A DNA stretch of 7,025 nucleotides from Promethearchaeota archaeon (lineage in GTDB: Archaea; Asgardarchaeota; Thorarchaeia; Thorarchaeales; Thorarchaeaceae): assembly GCA_027031765.1 (NCBI GenBank), contig JALVPN010000201.1, positions 1-7,025 on the forward strand. The letters run 5' to 3'. The position numbers and the translations under genes are program-made. Shown here piece after piece: positions 5,825 to 7,025 of this stretch. Below the pieces are notes generated by a model. It worked only from the letters and a program-made list of their open reading frames with translations. It was not told where the DNA came from and searched no databases. Within the stretch, counting starts at the first letter, position 1; the number at the start of each line of letters is the position of its first letter.

Positions 5825-6349
5825 TCATCCCTCGGCCACGAGCCTGTCAGCGTACGTCCGCGCGAGCTCCCTGTATATGGCCTTGTGCCTTGCGAGCTCC
5901 TCCCTGTGCTCAGGCCTGAGGTCACCGATTACGCGCGCCGGTACACCCACGGCCACCTTTCCGGCCGGTATCTGGGAGCCCTGCGTGACGACCGCGCCCT
6001 CTGCAACGACGGCCCATCTCCCAACGACGGCAAAGTCGGAGACCACCGCCCTGATCCCTATGACCGCGAGGTCATCGACCACGGCGTTGTGCACCACGCA
6101 GCCGTGTCCCAGCGTGACCTCCTCACCAATCACCGTCCTGCCTTCAGGCCGTGCGTGCACTATCACGTTGTCCTGGACGCTCGTCCCTGCGCCCACCACG
6201 ACCTCGCCATAGTCACCACGGATGACCGCCCCAGGGAGGACGATGCACTCCTCGCCAATCGTGACGTCTCCAATGACGGTGGCCGAGGGGCTCACGAACG
6301 CTGAGCTGGCTACCCTCGGGTGCCTGTCACCAAATGCGTACACTGTCAT
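5825..6349 (-). CDS. Gamma-carbonic-anhydrase-like / hexapeptide-repeat protein (COG0663; YrdA/PaaY/CaiE family)
   Basis: MTVYAFGDRHPRVASSAFVSPSATVIGDVTIGEE...IRGD...SVQDNVIVH...LGHGCVVH: hexapeptide repeats and all three Zn-ligand His positions are present. ATG 6349 is preferred because it matches family N-termini and has GGTGG upstream. The ORF track start at 6397 adds 16 atypical residues. Confidence 0.93.
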   Translation of the reverse strand: MTVYAFGDRHPRVASSAFVSPSATVIGDVTIGEECIVLPGAVIRGDYGEVVVGAGTSVQDNVIVHARPEGRTVIGEEVTLGHGCVVHNAVVDDLAVIGIRAVVSDFAVVGRWAVVAEGAVVTQGSQIPAGKVAVGVPARVIGDLRPEHREELARHKAIYRELARTYADRLVAEG

Positions 6350-6430
6350 GTCTTCAACCACCGGCCTCTGGACGCCACCCTGCCCCTCCCCACTCATCTA
6401 GTTTACGGCCCCGCATGACCGGCCCACGGC

Positions 6431-6443
6431 CGAAACGTTAAAG
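6431..6443 (+). promoter_or_regulatory. BRE + TATA promoter for the 6499..6900 gene (may also serve the divergent gene)
   Basis: CGAAA-CG-TTAAAG fits the archaeal BRE-TATA layout. On the minus strand it reads CTTTAACG. Confidence 0.6.
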
Positions 6444-6498
6444 GCCAGCCGCACGTCTCTGTCAGGGGGACATCTTGCGTGTTGTTGGTGGTCCAAAA

Positions 6499-6900
6499 AT
6501 GAACGATGATGAGGTTGGGCACCCGGAGGACGTGCCCCTGTTCCCAATCCTGCGTGGCGAGTCAGTTGGGGAGAACGGCGAGCTCAGTGGCCATGCCGTA
6601 CTTGTGTTCAGACCCGAACAGCTCAACCGCGAGTGGGGGCCTGACGACATTGCAGTCCTCAATAAAGACCTTGAGGACCACTTCCGTGACAACCCGGGCG
6701 ACCTCGACTCACTGCTCGCCCAGGTCAGAGGCGTCATCGCAGAGTTCGGCGAGCCTGTCGGCGACCTCGCGTCCCTCGCCTACGTACGGGAAGTGATATG
6801 TATCACCAAGACAAGGGACGCGACGTTCGTCCTCGAAGATGACATGCACATACGCCTGGTGGCAAACGAGAACACTGGTGAGGTCTTCTTCATAGACTAG
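6499..6900 (+). CDS. Stand-alone PEP-utilizing-enzyme mobile (swiveling beta/beta/alpha, phosphohistidine-carrier-like) domain protein, degenerate at the phospho-His
   Basis: Aligns by eye to the PF00391-type pattern along its length: ILRGESVG..GELSGHAVLVFRPEQL...GPDDIAVL...GVIAEFGEPVGDLASLAYVREVICI...DATFVLEDDMHIRLVANENTGEVFF. Start is ATG 6499 (GGTGGT SD) or TTG 6475 (AGGGGGA SD). Confidence 0.75.
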   Translation: MNDDEVGHPEDVPLFPILRGESVGENGELSGHAVLVFRPEQLNREWGPDDIAVLNKDLEDHFRDNPGDLDSLLAQVRGVIAEFGEPVGDLASLAYVREVICITKTRDATFVLEDDMHIRLVANENTGEVFFID

Positions 6901-7025
6901 CCGCAGACCGTCCGCGCCCCCGGACACTGGCCCGCCCCGTCCACGTCACGACCGGCGGCCCCAGGGGGCCACCCAGACGACTGCCCACCACCAGTGACAC
7001 GGGTGCCACGGCCCCGACCGTGGGC

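Noticed and set aside
5664-6304. Plus-strand ORFs 5664..6212 and 5741..6304
   Set aside because: Antisense shadows of the gamma-CA-like gene; hexapeptide periodicity keeps these frames open.
6350-6397. 16-aa N-terminal extension of the gamma-CA-like protein from ATG 6397
   Set aside because: Family members start at about the MTVY position, ATG 6349 has an SD-like GGTGG, and the extension has intergenic-like composition.
6901-7025. Terminator or repeat downstream of the last gene
   Set aside because: C-rich with only short GC palindromes expected by chance. No oligo-T tract or convincing stem, and the region is truncated by the window edge.

Overview
GC-rich (roughly 62-64%, estimated by eye) prokaryotic window, most likely archaeal. 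Supporting this: BRE/TATA-type promoters, GGGGTGA-type Shine-Dalgarno sites, a COG1340-like coiled-coil gene and a stand-alone Lrp/AsnC RAM domain; an Asgard-type host is possible but unproven. Gene order: 3' end of a RimK/LysX-family ATP-grasp ligase (+); a probable three-gene unit (+) of a coiled-coil protein with an acidic disordered tail, a 10-TM EamA/DMT transporter fused to a C-terminal Lrp/AsnC ligand-binding (RAM) domain, and a stand-alone RAM-domain protein; an ABC-2 exporter pair (+); a gamma-carbonic-anhydrase-like hexapeptide protein (-); and a divergent small ORF (+) resembling a stand-alone PEP-utilizer swiveling domain whose phospho-His position carries Asp. The strongest candidate for an undescribed system is the EamA-RAM fusion with its charge-complementary free RAM partner, possibly an amino-acid-gated transporter or a membrane-tethered Lrp sensing module. 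Non-coding DNA is nearly devoid of AA/TT dinucleotides except at promoters. A structured 5' leader and a 35-bp direct repeat with 73-nt period are also present. All family assignments come from motif recognition by eye, not database searches.
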